Assembly: GCA_000934665.2 (NCBI GenBank)
Contig: KZ538017.1
Location: 62,001 to 126,000, forward strand
Direction of reading: 5' to 3'
Origin: Catajapyx aquilonaris
Taxonomy: Eukaryota
Length of the DNA stretch: 64,000 nt
A model generated the notes under the pieces. That model did no database searches, was not told the origin of the DNA, and saw nothing but the letters and a program-made list of their open reading frames with translations. Made by a program: the position numbers and the translations under genes. Numbering within the stretch: position 1 is the stretch's first letter; each line of letters begins with the position of its first letter. Shown here one piece after another: positions 46,701 to 61,843 of the stretch.

Positions 46701-49700
46701 TTTCAAGTGCATAAAAATCCCCTGCAGGAGTGTAAAATAAGCCGGAAGCATGCCCCCGCACTTGAGATCAACTTTATAAGAGGATTAAGTGAAAATAAAG
46801 GGCCACGTGCTGCCACTCTGGCGGTTGGAAAGGAATCGCAAAAACCATTGTTCAATGTTCAAACTTTGCGGTGCTGTAGTCCCCCTGGGATGTGCGAAAA
46901 TGACGGAGAAAGCTGCTGCTGGGGGAAAAGCATGCTTTGTGTCAACACCCCGCAAAGTGCAACGTGCAGAAAAGGAATATTCAACCAAAGGGTCTGTCCA
47001 TAACATTTTTTTTTACTCGAAAGAAACTCTCTATAGGGTTTTCCCCTGTTAGTTCCGAGCAGGCTACAATCATCCGTATAATACGGAGATGTGCTTTTGA
47101 AAGCCACTCTTTGGCTGGATGCTGATGTTGTTTTGACTGCTCGGATGCCAAAATATCTTCCAGAAAGACGATAGTGGCTGGAATGTGTTGCGGATTTTGC
47201 ATGTAAATAGTCCGGAAGCACTAAAAAGTCCGGGCAAATGACCTGTCGCCAATACTTTACCCTGATTTGTACGGGTTGCTCCGTATGCACTTTAGGACAG
47301 TTGGAAGTGTAATGCAAATGTGCTTTACTCTCTCTCTGTGCACTGCTAATTGGATTGCATTTGCATGCCTTCAGGGGGGGCTGCTGCTCTACGAATTAAT
47401 AGTGTTTCCGCTATTTCATTCCCGCCCCGATTGAACCTACATTTCATTCCGCGCGCTCTGAAGGAAAACTGGTTGAGCATGTTGACCAGTTTGTGTATAT
47501 AGGTTCTCGCTCGAATTTAACCTTTTGTTTTTTTCCCCTCCTCGTCGAATGGATTGAACAGAAGCACTCGGCGCATTTCATTTTGCATGCAGAAATCCCC
47601 ACAGAGAGGACCAGCTCCCAATCGTTATTTTGGGGGGGCAGGACGCGTCGTATCTATAACACGGGTGACATGCCATGACATTAGTAACCGGTCCCCCCCC
47701 CAAATGGTGCTTGCAAAACTTTTTTTGGCGAATGCTAAACGAGCTGAGCCGAATGCGGGTGATGAATCATGCAGGGGAAGGAATCCTAAAAATATATCGA
47801 CGACCTGCAGGTATTAACCTTAGTTTTATTCCCGAATTGCGAATTGTCACCACTCGCGAAATTAAATTTTGCGGATCACTAGAGACGCCGCATTGGCATC
47901 CTTCTCGAGTGTCTCTTCATAGGTTATCCTTGTCGGTCGGCCCTCTCGCGCACTTTTGCGAAAATAAATACACCGGAAACTTATTTGCCCAGAAGTGCAA
48001 ACCGGAATTGGACGGATCTGTCCGGGGATTAGTTCAGAAGGCAGCTCAGTAATCCGCGAGTTTTAATTGCCGGCTTCCATTAGTGTCAGTAACGGATGAT
48101 TCGGATGAGAGGAAAAAGAGTAACGAGTTTTTCCTTGGGTAGGTCTTGCTCGTATAATCGGCCTTTGTTGTGTTTCTTTTCTTCATTTCTGCATGTAACA
48201 AGTCGAAAAGGAACATGTTTGGCGAATGGCTCTCTCAGACCCTGTTTTTGCGACTACAAAGCCAGGGAAAAAAGACAGAGGAAATTGCCGAGTAATGATG
48301 ACAGGCACATGAGAAGCAATCGATCTACTGCATTTTCTTGTTGGATACACTTCGCATCTTTTTGTTTTGCGCCGTCCACTACTCCTGTGTACGTACATCA
48401 AAAGGTATATTATACGTGCAACATTAGCGGAACAAATGATCTCGAGAAGTTTCCGACGATAAAAGGAAAAAAAGCGGCTCATCATAATTCATAACCATTA
48501 CTGCCCCCCATGACGTCAATGGACAAGTACACTCCGTGACATAGTAAAACTGTCGGTTTAAAATTGCGAAAATTATTTTTGCCAATTTTTAAACGCTGTC
48601 GCGGCGGGAGATAAAAATTCAGCACTCAGCAGCAGACGGGATTGAAGCGTGGAGGATTTATGTTGGGGTGTAAACACCTCCTTTATTTTTATTTTTTTTC
48701 TTTGGAAAGGCGCCAGGGTCAGAGGTCATCGGAAGGGAAGCTGCAACACTGCAAGATGAAGATGGCAGGTTCTTCAGATCGATGGCCTGTCTGGAAAGTT
48801 GTTATCGGCGGGGGTTTGTTTACCCGCACCAAAAATGTGGATCGGAAAATTTAGTTCGGCCTGTTCATAAAGCTGGAGATTTTTTTTCTTCATATTATGT
48901 GTTCCAAAATTTAGTACAAGGTACAGGTTTTCCACGAAGCTCTGGATTGGAAACAACACTTGCTGGACACGAGACAGGAGACGTCGCTCTTGGTCACGCG
49001 AATATTATTTCAATCGGCCCATTTGTGCTTGTTTATTAATAGCCGGGCTAATTGCGCTTGTCGTTATTCCGATCGTGTTTCCTACATGTTGTTTTAAAGG
49101 ATCACTATGGAGCACCCTGTGTTTGAGTCCACCAGTGTTTGCTTTTGCGCAGATGCAGCAGCCTCGTCCCATCCTGTCCCGCCGAAAGCTTGCCCTTGAC
49201 TCAGTCCACACTTTGAACTTGGAAAGTTGTGAACACCTCCGACCCTCTACTGTATACTGGTAAGTACGCACTTTTGATAACAACAATCTGGGCATGCCGG
49301 AAGTGACAGAAGAACAGGAAGAGGTTGCGGTGTCCAACATTGTCCATTTTAGTCCTGGACGTTTACACTCGAGTGGAAAACAAACTGGGCCGACCATATT
49401 GCAATCCGCAGCCATCAGTCAATGGCCACTGTCAGCAACAATCAGCTGGAGAGTCAACAATCCAAAAGGGCTTGTTTGTCCGTCCATCGCACTTTTCATC
49501 ACACGTGCAAAATGGTTGGGGGACGGGAGAGGGGCCACTCTTATGAGATTTCGCCATTGTTGGCCAACAATGTACCAGAACCAGTTACGAAACTGCAAAA
49601 TATCTTTTCCTAATCAAATTCACGCCCGTGTTGCTAAATATACCAGTTGAAGCCCGCCAATAAAAAAAAATAATGGAGCTGAGTAAACCCGGCGAGATTA

Positions 49701-51371
49701 CTCGAGAAAATCTTGGCCGAAACTTGGAGCCTTGATAATTATCCTGTCAACACTGCACCACTTCCCAGTTTCCGCGAATCGGATTCAGAAATTTCCCCCC
49801 AACTTTAATTTTTTTGCACAGATTTTTTGGCAATGAAGTTTTGCAGTATTTGCACTACTCGAAAATGTTTCCGCCACTTATAGATCGGTTGGAACCGAGT
49901 TGGGTGTGGAGGAAAATGTTTTACGCCAGATTTTACTTGCCGTTTTAACTGCTGGTTAACACAGCTCAGTTTGATAAAATTATAGTCTACCTAACCTAAT
50001 ATATAGCCAAACCTAATCTCAGATTTGAAGGAGTTAGCTCATCAAAGGTGCTCCGCATTATAAACGATGTTAATTACTGATCGACCAATTAGCATCGGAG
50101 GAATTCAATCCGTCGTGTAGGCGTTAATAAGCTGCTGGCTTTTAATTAACAGTGTACGAAGGTTGTGTAGTTGACGTAATTGACATAGAAAGGCGCAATT
50201 TGCCGCTTCCTTAATGCGACCACACCCTGTACCTTACTTCTTCGAGAGGCACCCTTCGGTTAATTAATTATCTTCTAGAGTCTGCGTAATTGACACTGGA
50301 AATGCGGCCCCCAGTGTTTGGCAATGAAGCAAGTAGGTGCAATGAAGCGTCGCTGTTGCCAACTTCTGCTGGCAAAACTTGATTGAACTTCATTCAAAGT
50401 GCGGAGTGAACAAGACGCGGACCTTGTTCCATTATACTCCGGCCCGCATTATGCTAATCCTCTGCGAATATTCCGCGTTAATCAGCCGTTTTAGCTGCAG
50501 CGGAAAATTCCCGCGACGAAACTTGGCAACACCGCGGCAACTGTCATAGATGGCGCACCCTCCCTATCTGCACAGTGCTGCCACTTTCTGGCGACCGGTA
50601 GTGGTACTACATGCTGATGACTCGCCCCGGACAAACTGTTTACTATAAACATTGGATTAATGAAGCAGCCTATTATCTGCGATATGACCTGTGCAATTGC
50701 GGGGATTCTGTAAACTCATTGACAATTAGCAGGTGGATGATTGGCAAATTAGAGGGGCGGATCTGCAACATGCCGAAATTTGCATTGCCGGGACGCAGTG
50801 TTTAATTGGCTCCATTGTCTGTCGGCTCGAATAGGGTTTTTGCACGCAAAAAAATAAATTGGCGAGCGCAGTTCGGATGAATTATGCGAGAGAAGAGTGA
50901 GAGAGGAATGCACAGTCAGTGGAGCCAGCTGTCGAACGAGGTGCTCCTGAAAATGATTTACTGCCTGGTAACGGTGTGCCGCACATTCCTCGCTGTTTTT
51001 CTCCCCCCCTCCAATGTATATGCACTGCTTTTCAGTCCAATATGAAATCCCTTTCTCGCCATTTCTTTTGCGCCAATTTCAGCCTGAGCCTCTCCATCTT
51101 TCTCCGAGTCTACAGTAAGGTTCACCATTCACGCGCCGATTGGCATTCACGCTCCTGCGAACTTATTTGTTCCACAGTTCGCAATCGACGTCAAATTTAT
51201 TCCATTTTTGCACTAATATATGAATTGGCTCCATTTTGTGACTCTGTCCGAGGTGACGTCATCAGCTGAGAGTGGCATGATGCGCCATCTATGTGACTAA
51301 TATGGAACTACACGATTTTTTTTGTTTGTTTGTTTGCACGTGTGATGTGACCCTTTGATCGCCCCCCCCCC

Positions 51372-51542
51372 NNNNNNNNNNNNNNNNNNNNNNNNNNNNN
51401 NNNNNNNNNNNNNNNNNNNNNNNNNNNNNNNNNNNNNNNNNNNNNNNNNNNNNNNNNNNNNNNNNNNNNNNNNNNNNNNNNNNNNNNNNNNNNNNNNNNN
51501 NNNNNNNNNNNNNNNNNNNNNNNNNNNNNNNNNNNNNNNNNN
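51372..51542. other. Assembly gap between poly-C and poly-G tracts
   Basis: 171 Ns. A smaller gap at 35612-35627 also follows poly-G. Confidence 0.95.
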
Positions 51543-54500
51543 GGGGGGGGGGGGGGGGGTCCTACTCGATAATGCCAGGATTACCTCACCGGAAACACGG
51601 GCTGATAAGTCAGAATCTGTTTGTCCGCGGTGAGTCATCAACCTATGGCATGTGGTACTACGTCCACAGTCAGGGCAGTGTTGCCAAGTTTCCACGGCTG
51701 CCTCGACAATTGTCTGTGGCCAGACCTGTCCAGCAGCCTTTTAGCACCACTTAACTAATGGATGCTGGAAAATCCTCTCTAACGACTCTGCTTCGGGAGG
51801 AACTTGGGGATCGCTCATGTTCCCTTCCAGTCTTTTAACTTCAAAGTGTCCCAAGTCAGAGTGGACAACACGGCCGGACATCGCTCTCATTCTGTCCCAG
51901 GAGACACCCCAGGAGGAATAGGCGGCACATGTTTCACCCATGAGGTGCTCCATTATTCATACGAGACACTCTCTTTTTTTATTTACTTCTACTGCGTTTC
52001 AGAAGGCTGATATACAGGGTGCTCAGTCAAGACTATGTACAGTACATTTTGCGCATATCAGTTGAGCCGGAGGAATGTGGAAATGTGGAAATGTCACCTA
52101 ATCGGATTGCATATGGCTGGTTTGAAATATTGAGGATGTGCTATAGTATATATTTTATAAACTTCTTGGGAACGAAGCTTGATTAGACGGCGGATGCGAG
52201 CCCATTAATTATGCCGACACAGGACTAATGATTTGGCCGCAGGAAATGGCACTCCTGATTTATGATTATGCAGATTCTTATTTTTGCACAGTGTGTCGTA
52301 ATGATTCGTAACTTCTCCATCTGTAGCAAGATAAATCAGGTCTGCTTCCTAACTGACAATCGCGGTTTAAGCAGCGGCCGTTTCTCTCATCGGGGAATTA
52401 AGCGATGACTAACGACCTTTTTTTTTTTGGGGGGGGGGGGGGTCGATCTTTGACCCTGGAAGAAGTTTAGTGTCGAGGTTCCAGCATCTCAGACTAGATT
52501 GCCTCTGCTGGCTCTCGGGAATGCGACAAGAATGGATCTAATTGTTGTGCTTGCCCCCCCACTTTGAAGCGTTTGTTGGCAGACCTCAAATGTCGCGAAG
52601 GAATGCGGGGAATTCCCTTTTTTTTCAATGCTCCTTTACCATCAAATTAAATATATGTATTGCGAATACTAGTAGCCTACTTAATCTGTCACAAATCGCT
52701 CTGAAAAAGTAGGTCGAAAAGGCTGCTCTTTTTTTGGAAAGAAAAATAACCTATATTTTGAATGCCAACAGAGATAGCGCATGAAAACTTGGCACAATGA
52801 ATGGCTGGAAATTGCAATTTTTTTTAAACGTCAATGTTGAAGCGATTGGAAAAGTTGGCTTGTTCGATTATCATTTTATCGCAAGACCGCATCATAATTA
52901 AACACCGGGTTGATTAATGTCCCGATGAAATAACATTGCAGCCCGATGATTTTTCAAAAATAATTTTTTAAAAAATTGCCTCTCGATGGGCGATGGGAAT
53001 TAATCTGTAAAATGGGATTAAATACTGCAGCCGCCTAATTGAAACGTGACCGGGCCTTAATTACTGCGCTTTTTTTTGTTGAAATAAATCGGGTGCAGCA
53101 CCAGGGAGGAATTATTGAGACCCGTGCTGAACTATTTCGCAAGCAAAAAGAGCGCTAATTGAGTTTTAATTATTCAGAAGGCGAGCGTGAATGTTTGCAG
53201 CTTGTAACCGGCCCGAGATGACATTTAAAAAATATTCTTCTTTGAAACAATGCAAATGGCTGCCCTTTTGTGCAATATTGGTCCGGACAATCAGTGGTTG
53301 GTCAGTCACTTTCGAATCGATCTCCCTTTGCATATCAATCACTCCTGACACGCGATTATCCGCGAATGTTTTTCGCGAAACTGCGGGGGTATTCTCTCAA
53401 TGACCAGCAGGTCCATTTAGATGATTGCGTGACTTTTGAAAATGGGATTTTTTTTTTTGGTGGGGGGAAATCAAAATACATGGTGCCAGTCACTGACCGA
53501 TGTCATATACATACGAGCGTATGCTTTTAATAGAAGAGTGATTTAGATCATACATTGAGCGAAGTTTCCTGCGGGGGTGTAATAATGAACAAAGTGTCAA
53601 CAACAGGAGTCTCTTGAACTAATACCTGGAAACAATTAAAGGCTGCTGGTGAGTGACAAAACCGCAATCTAAATTGGTTTCTGAGAAAAGCACACGCGTT
53701 TCCAGCATAGCAGACAGTTTGAGGCCATGCTCTCGTTTTGTTCACATCACCAACAACCGCAAAAAGGTGTGCATGCCATACACGTCGGGAAGTAGTGATT
53801 AAATTTTCGGATATTCCTTCGCTAGAATAATGGGGCATATTGGGCAGACCTCAAACAATGGGAATCGATCACATATAACAGGAATCCTCCGCAGTCGATT
53901 GAGCACAAACGGGAGAGAAATAAGTAGAGCGTTAAATGCACAGAAGTTTGTCTATACGAAGCACCCTGTACCGCACGCAGAGTAAGTGCTTAATACACGT
54001 AGGGCTTAATTACTCTCTGACAGAGCGCAGTGGTGCTTTAATGCGACGCGTACGGACTATTCCATTATGCTAATGGGAAGTATGATCCGGCCGCATCTCA
54101 TGATGAACAGTACAACAATGAGGGGGTCCAACAAGTACTTGTTCGGGATGACGTCATGCCCACCTTCAGGAGTCACTATAATTATAGTTGGCCACCGGAT
54201 TATTGCCAAGCTGCCTCTCTATTAAATTGTGTCGACATTCCGTGCAAAAAGTACAATGGGAAGCACTGCCAATCATGCACTCTGGGGAGCTCTCCAAATC
54301 TCCAGTTTGAAAACTAATTTTCGCAAAAAAAAAAAAAAAAAAAGTGCACTAGCCGCATTACCCTCGTGAATTAATTTTGTCGCATTATTGGCACCGAGTT
54401 TGGGAAGCTCTGAACAAACTGCGTCGTGCTGTACTGTATATACTTCGTCACGATTTTACCAAAAAAAAAAAAAAGGAAGGGTAGTCATACGCAGCATCAA

Positions 54501-56057
54501 CGAGCTGGTCCATCTTGATCTTCTCTTGTAGTAAATGCAACCAGACAGGAATTGGTTGTGATACGTATCTGGTGTGTTGCACATGATGCTGCTGAAGTAT
54601 AGTCGGGATACCATCTCACTAATCGATCCGCTGTTTCGCAATAATCAGGGAAAGATCTGAAGGCTTTTGCTGGGACACCCTTGCGAATATTATTTTTTTA
54701 TCCGGAGCGATTGTTGGTCTTTCATCATAAATTATATATATACAATCGCCTGAAATGCAAGCTGACATTGTGAAAATAAGCCCGAAGCTTCACTCGAGAT
54801 GATAATCGGCTTTACGATCTGGAAGAAACCGCTAAAGGAAAGTTATTTTTGCGAGAGAAGAATGGTGCAAGAGTCTGGAGCGGGGAGAACCCGCTTGCAA
54901 TTTGCGTCAACAACATACGCTCGTACTTAGAGTGAAAGTATGCAGCCTCGGAAATGTTTCAACTAAAGGCTTTCCAGACCGTAGTTGAACCCCTTTAAGG
55001 AAAATGCTCGCACCTGATGCTTATCTGGTGAGATGACAACCACAAAATCATCAGAATCGATCGATTTTTTAAAATGCGTATTTATTTTGGGGAATTTTCG
55101 CAATTTCTGATGATTCTTGAAAGTATTTCCAGCCCTGTTTTTTCCTTACGATCCAGCCGATTTTCTAAATCTATGGTTGCTCCATTTGGTCCCGGTTGTA
55201 TTTCAAGTACAGCGTATATACCGGATGGGTGGATTGGGAGTAATGTAAATGCGCTTACTCTGTGTGAACTGCTAATTGGATTGCAGTCGCCTTACAGCCA
55301 TCGCACTGTATGTGCAGAATTAATAGCTTTACTGCCATTGAAACTACTCTGCTCTGATTGGACCCTTGTTTCTCTCCGCACTCTACAAATTCACACCAAT
55401 AAATAAAATAGTTGGAGATTGCGAAACCAGCAGCAGAACGCAATCATTTACATCATTGCAAAATATTCGCGATTCTTGAGACAAACGACACGGCAGTGGA
55501 CTTAATTTGCATGCAGACCCTTTCTCGAAAAGACAAATTGCTCGCAGTTCTCGTTATGTACATATTTTTCTCTCTCTTCTTTCGTCGCGTTTTCTCCGAC
55601 ACGTTTCATCATTTACGCGTCACTGGATGACGACAGCCTCGATGATAATTGGCTCCCGGTAGACATCGCGAGACACCTTTTTCAACTCCAAAGGAGAGAG
55701 AGAAAAATTGCTAGATGTCGAGTTGGCGAATTTTTTTTTTGTGGCATGGTATGCGACTCTTTTTTTTTAAAGAACACCCTGTGAAACGGCGGTGACAATG
55801 AGACTGATTGCTGAAGGGCATGGTATATTTTTTCGAAACGAACTCAATTTCCTGAACTCGATCCTGGTGGCCTCGAGAAGAAAAAAAAAAGTAACGTCAA
55901 TTCGAATACGGAGAAGATACACAAAAAAAACGCATTTTATTTTCGCACGAAATGAAACCGGAGAAAAGACAAATTTGCACTATACTCGAGAATTAATTTC
56001 GAATAGAAAATCTGCCAGCGCGTTTTAATTGCTGCAATCCATTACTTTATTACGTAA

Positions 56058-56356
56058 CTATCTGCGGCACCCGACGTCGCCCGGGAAGAAATGAATGAAG
56101 GGAAAACACCTGCCAGTAGCCCCGTCAACTGTCTGTCTTTCTGTGTGTCCGGCCACGAATGCCATCTGTGGTCCTCCTACTCCAACACCTTCAACCTCTT
56201 CCGCCTGTATAACGGCAGCCATCATTGGCCTGCCATCTGTAGTGATCCCCCAACACCTCCATCCTTTCCCGGCCTGGGGGTGGAGCACAGATGGCAGGCC
56301 AATGACGGTTGGCAGGCGGACAGACAGACTCACAAACGGCTTTATTTATATATAGA
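56058..56356 (-). mobile_element. Non-autonomous Helitron (about 300 bp)
   Basis: Minus strand starts A|TCTATATATAAATAAAGCC..TCTGTCTGTCC and ends CCCGGGCGACGTCGGGTGCCGCAGATAG|T (GC hairpin plus a CTAG-like end). Inserted at an AT site with no TSD. Contains an internal about 23-bp inverted repeat at 56218-56240/56287-56309. Confidence 0.75.
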
Positions 56357-59024
56357 TGACTCTCGCGACCTTTTACAATGCTTTTTTGGTTCTTTGGCGA
56401 ATTAAGTTAAAGACAATATTGGTGAGCTCGTTATTTTGAAGGAAATGTCCCAATCATTAGTGATCATCCGAGTTGAACGAATTGTGGACATGTCGATGAC
56501 AAACGATCGGATGAAAAGTAAACAGACTCTGATCACACCATCTTTTCAGATGATGTGTCTCATCAGAGATGGCGCCACTTCTGGCGGTTCAGACAGAGCC
56601 ATCTATCTGCCGGAGTCTCATTCTATTTTGAGCAGAAGTTTGTTCGCCCTTAATTATTATCGTCCCCCTTTTCTCTTCATTCGGTGAATTATTTCTAGGC
56701 CCGCTCGTTCGTTCCGCTCCTTTTTCTCTTTGCTTTCTTTCCATTCCTAGCTCTTAACGCCTCATCAGCATTGCGATCAAAAGGAATTGTGTCTCTTTTT
56801 GAAACAAAAAGCTGCGTCGTGACTCTCTTTTTTTTCCTACTTTAAAAGTTCCGGACAATTCGCTTTCCAGGCTCAATTGAAAATAGCCGAGTAATTGCAA
56901 CTTTTAGTGCGCTGTTAACTAAACAACGCTGTTAATAAAAAGCATGGCCAGATGCGTCTATTCCACTGGATGGCGTAGTTCGAACGGGAATGAAACAGCT
57001 GTGCGGTTGTCGAACTGCGCATTTTGATGATTTCAACAACTGACCGTTTTTTTTCATGTACAGGGTGTTCCAGAGTTGTCTGAGCCTGGAGTGTCAGCTG
57101 GTTCCGTCACACAAGCGGAAGGATTTGCCTTATGCTCACGTGCACTCAATGTACGGGCTAAACTTACACCCGACGTTTCATAGCAGCTCTGGTGTTGAAG
57201 GTTAATCGTAACAGCCACTTCCCCGGAAGAAGGTCCAGTCTTTTGATGTCAAACTCTGCACCACTTGTCACTTTCACAGTCACCTGTAGTGTACGCACGT
57301 GGCACGTTAAAAATAGTGCAAAAAATTGGCATAATTCTTTTGGCTTGCCCCATCCGGTCTTTTTTTTTTTGGCAATTTGATTGCTACGAAAGGTATAGGG
57401 TTTTTTTCCCCCCCACGGTGCCGTCGTCAGTCTTGCATAATTCGAGCAGTTGTGGTTGGTCTGGGAAGCGATGCAGGAAATGAAGGAGCGGTGGATCAGA
57501 AAAAATAAGCTCGACCATAAATCACTTCCCCATATTATAACGAGGGGGCTCCACCCTCCAACCATTTGGGTCTCTTCGAGCCAAACATCCAATCATAGTC
57601 GAGCACGTCATTTTTGAAACGCTCTGATGGCCAAAGTCATATCGCCAAAAAGCCACATTAATTGAGTTAATTCGTAAGGAAAAAAAATAGCATACATTAT
57701 ATATAATCTTACATATATCAAGCAGAAAGTTTGTTTGGTATGTATGCCTACCTAGCCCACTTTCTGACTACTGAGAGTGCTGAAAATTTGTATTGTACGG
57801 CATAAATTTTCAGCAGAATTTTGTCACTTATTCGTCCGCATTGCGGTGATTTTTTTTTGCATTATTATTTTTGGACGATGGAAATAGGATTTGTAGAAAT
57901 TGCGCAGGATTTTGAAATTCATGAATTTGTTATTAGATTCTGGGTGACAACACCTGCGACATCCCCTTTTTTAAAAAAAAAATAATCGAACCCTGCCTTT
58001 CCTTGCGATTTTTTTTTTTTTTTTGCAAATTTTCTTTTCCGCATTCTCGGTCTGTCGTCCCCTTTAATCATTTTTTTCTCTATCTCTATCTTTCTCACAG
58101 GATTTGTTCGATTCTCGTGTCCGCTCGAGATCAAAATATGATCCGAATTTTGATGTTCACCTTGCTAGAGTGCTGATGGTTGTATACGCTGCCTAACCTA
58201 ACCATTTTTAAAAAGAAAAACGTGTGTACGGCCATGAGCTGCTCGTTGTCCTTATCAACATTGTTTAACAAGCGATATAATAAACCGCATCAACATAATC
58301 GCGAGAGAAAAAAAGCGAGTCATTTTCTCGTCAATGTTTGCTGTGGAAGGGATTAAGCGAGTGCGATAAGCGTGTAATCACATCCGGATTGACGAGTGCT
58401 ATTCTGAGATAACGAGGCGGTATTATCTCAAAACCGGATCTTAACTACACACAGTTCCACAGTTAATGCGCAATTTCCACTCGTCGAAATAACTACGGTG
58501 AGCTCTCTAAATTGAAATGATGTTAATGGAGCCCCACATTTTATATTAAATACATTGTGATACAATTTATTAGACAAATATTTATGCGCGGATGTGGCCG
58601 GTAGATAATAATAATTAGCTGCGTGCATAGCTGCGTACACCATAGCTATTTGCGGAGGAATTACGTGCGATTAGGGGTTGTTACTGCGGTTTAAACCTCG
58701 GTCTAAGCGGTGTCGCATTGACCGTTACACAAAAGGCAATTATTGTTTATATGCAGGCACATGCTCTTTCAGTGCTGATGTGCGATTGGACCTTCCCACA
58801 TTTTAAAAAGCCATTTGCATATACTGTGGGGTTTTAATCGGCGGTTTTGATACACCCCCCCCCCCTCTCGCATCCGCAAATCTGCTGTCACAAATTTGCG
58901 GCGCACTTTTTGCTAACTGAATCTGCACACGCAATTATTACACATTGTTTACACCGTTTGGCAGTTGGTAGCAGATGCATGGGGCTGCATTTCATTGCCA
59001 ATAAAAGTATACATTTTTACAGTA

Positions 59025-59306
59025 TCTTATTATATAAAAGGCAAAGTTTGTCGGCATGTCCCATTTCCCTTCGCCTTTACACCGCCCCTGTCCTATTTTG
59101 CCATAGGAACTTGTGCTATTTTTCGATTAATTCTTCAATTCCCTGCTATAGTCTCCTTCTTCTTAACTGACATAAAAGGCAAAGTTTGTTTGTTTGTTTG
59201 CCCAGCCATTGCGTGATCCGCCGCACCCACACACAGCTTGATAGTAGTGTTATATTCGCAGTGGCATTGCACGGCCCCAGGAGTTGAAAGACCGGGGTTT
59301 AATTAG
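59025..59306 (+). mobile_element. Degenerate Helitron-like element with two tandem 5' ends
   Basis: A|TCTTATTATATAAAAGGCAAAGTTTG at 59025 and TCTTAACTGACATAAAAGGCAAAGTTTGTTTGTTTG at 59161. The 3' end has a CCCC..GGGG hairpin followed by TTAG|T. Confidence 0.5.
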
Positions 59307-61843
59307 TGCCAGGCAATCACACAAAAGCAGATGGATGGAAAAGGCTGCTGCGGTTCCAAGTTCAAAGGCTCCCTCCTCTGTTTTGTTTCCCCCAGCAACC
59401 GCAAAACGAGTCAAGAAAATGGAGGGGGAGGATAATTTAATATTCGAAGCGCAAAAGGAATGCGTAATTACAAGCGTAATTGGTTCAAGTGCTTGGGTTC
59501 CTCTCGACAGACTGTAATCAGGCCCCCACTTTTCATATGGGCCTAAGAAATCGGAACCGTTCCAGACCAAGTCCACTTGTGACGTCACTGCGGATTTGCA
59601 TCCGATTACAAAAAATATATATAGTGCAAATAGTGAGCCGACTTTTGTGAGCTGATCGAGGGAAGCCGCATTTTATTTATATTTGTGTTTGCGATCGAGT
59701 GTGGGTTGGCATGTACAGTACACAGCAGTCCATGATGGACACCACAAAAAAAGGGAAGCGCGAGGGACCCCAAATGTACTGCACGTGCAATCAGATCAAA
59801 GGGAAGCCCTTTAAACATTGAATCGCTGAAATCTGAATCTGAAGGAATGTCCCCTGGAGGTCCAAATATTTGCGCTGTAATTCAATAAGGAGCTGAAAGT
59901 TTATCACCCCCTCAGGGATGCCCTAATTAAAAATGTAAACTTGCTTGTTGGCTATAAACTTTTTTTAAAAAACAAAATGAGTGGGCTCTGTACAGGGTGT
60001 TCCATACGGCAATTCATTGACCATCGGGCTGTCTAGTGAATGGATATATTGGATCTGGGAGGTATCCACTCTCCGCATGTTTAGGTTCTGCGCAGGTTCT
60101 GTCTGCTTGGATCCTATACCGAGCCTCCAATCCTTTGCCCTTGACTCAGTCCACGCTTTGAACTTGGACGTTGTGATCGCAGCCCTTCCGACCAGACATC
60201 AAACTGGGTGAGTCATTTCGGTCACTCACTTTGTCGCAATTGACCTTGCTCCAATCAGGACAATGATTTTGTACTGGCCGCAATAAGAATATTAAAAAGG
60301 GAAGGCAGCTGTGTAGGAAGTTTAAAAAAGGTCCCTAATTGGTCCTGCGGGAAGTTAAAAACTAAGAACAAAAAGCTTGTCCGATTGGTCCGAAAATACT
60401 TCACCACAAATAAGCTTTCTATTTATTTTTGTGGTTAAGTACTTTCGGATCAGCTTCTGGACCAATCCGCATCACAAACTTTTTGTTCTTAGCTTCCCAG
60501 GCCCAATCTGGCTTGTCACGAAAGAGGGCAGTGTTTGTTGTACAATCACATGTCCTGACACGGCTGAAAATGTCAGTCAGAGATGGGTCCGATTATGTCG
60601 TGACAAAATGATGTGGACATCAATTCAGAAACGACATATCGCATGTCTTTGGTTAGAACAGTCGGCCATGTTAAAATTATTTATGGAAGAATCGACGAGT
60701 GAATTATTTATAGTTTAAATGGCAGGAACAATATTCGCGACTATAATATGTAAAGCCTTTCTCTAAGACCATTGGGTTCCTCTTTGAATACATCGTGTGG
60801 ATTTTAAGCAGAGAGTCGCGCTCTTGGAGTTTCTGTCGAATGAATATTTCACCTCCTCTCCGTCGCTCTCTCGGAGATTATTTTTTTTTGTCTTCACCTT
60901 CTGCTGCTTTCTCTATTCAAAATCCTTCTCCACCCACCCCACATTTTAAAGCCGGAAGAAGAGTTATTAAGAGACCATTCGTCTCTTCAAGAACCAATTT
61001 CGTCGCCATTTTGATGTTCAGGGTGCGACAAGAAACCGGACCCATTCCGAACCAGGTCCAGCTATACCTTTTCCATGAATTCGCAACCAAAAATTCGGTA
61101 GAAAAGTTTTTTGTCCCTTTTTTCCCCTCGATAATAATTAATCCTGTCAACACTTCCACTCGGGGACAGATTGAAAATTTTCGCCAACTTCTTTTTTTGC
61201 ACGGTTCGCTCTATTGTGGAAAGTTTTGCTGTATTTTTTTGGTTGCAAAGATTTCGTGCCTTGGGTTTTGCAAACAGTGAACACGAGCTCTCTCAAGCCA
61301 TACAGAAAAAAAGGGCTTTCCATTTCGCAACGAACTTTTGGTATACTGTACAAGTTGTCTTAGAATAAAACTGTTTAATTACTTTTCAATCCGAGGTTGG
61401 GCAATTGCAGTATACCCAGGTGTAGAGTGACGGGTCCTAATCGACGATTAGTCAGATGATCCAGTTTGATCGGTGCTCGTTTGTCTGAGAAAAAGCGCAG
61501 GGTTTGCCAGGAGAATAATAACGACGTGGGAGGAGCGGATTAGGCCAATTAGTTTGATCCCGATCGCAAATTGGTTCCTTTTTTTCCCCCTCTTTCTTCC
61601 CTATACTTGCTCTTGTCTTCACTTTTCTTCTGAAAGAGATGGAGGAGTAGGAGGAACAGAAAACGAGATGAATGCCTGCCAGCTGCTCTATCCCTTGTCT
61701 TGCCGTTAACTTAATCAGCATCGGTTTTATCGTTCCCTTTTCATTTGATTTGGGCTGGAAGAACCGTCTAGGTAGTTCGCTCATAGATGGCGCAGCCTCC
61801 CTCTCTGCACACTACTGCCTCTCGCGAGATGACTCGCCGCGGA

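Noticed and set aside
46689..47003. Cys-rich ORF as a trissin or other peptide precursor
   Set aside because: No signal peptide and no trissin-type CxxCxxxCxxxC...CC pattern, and it overlaps a dispersed repeat. I saw no trissin precursor in the window.
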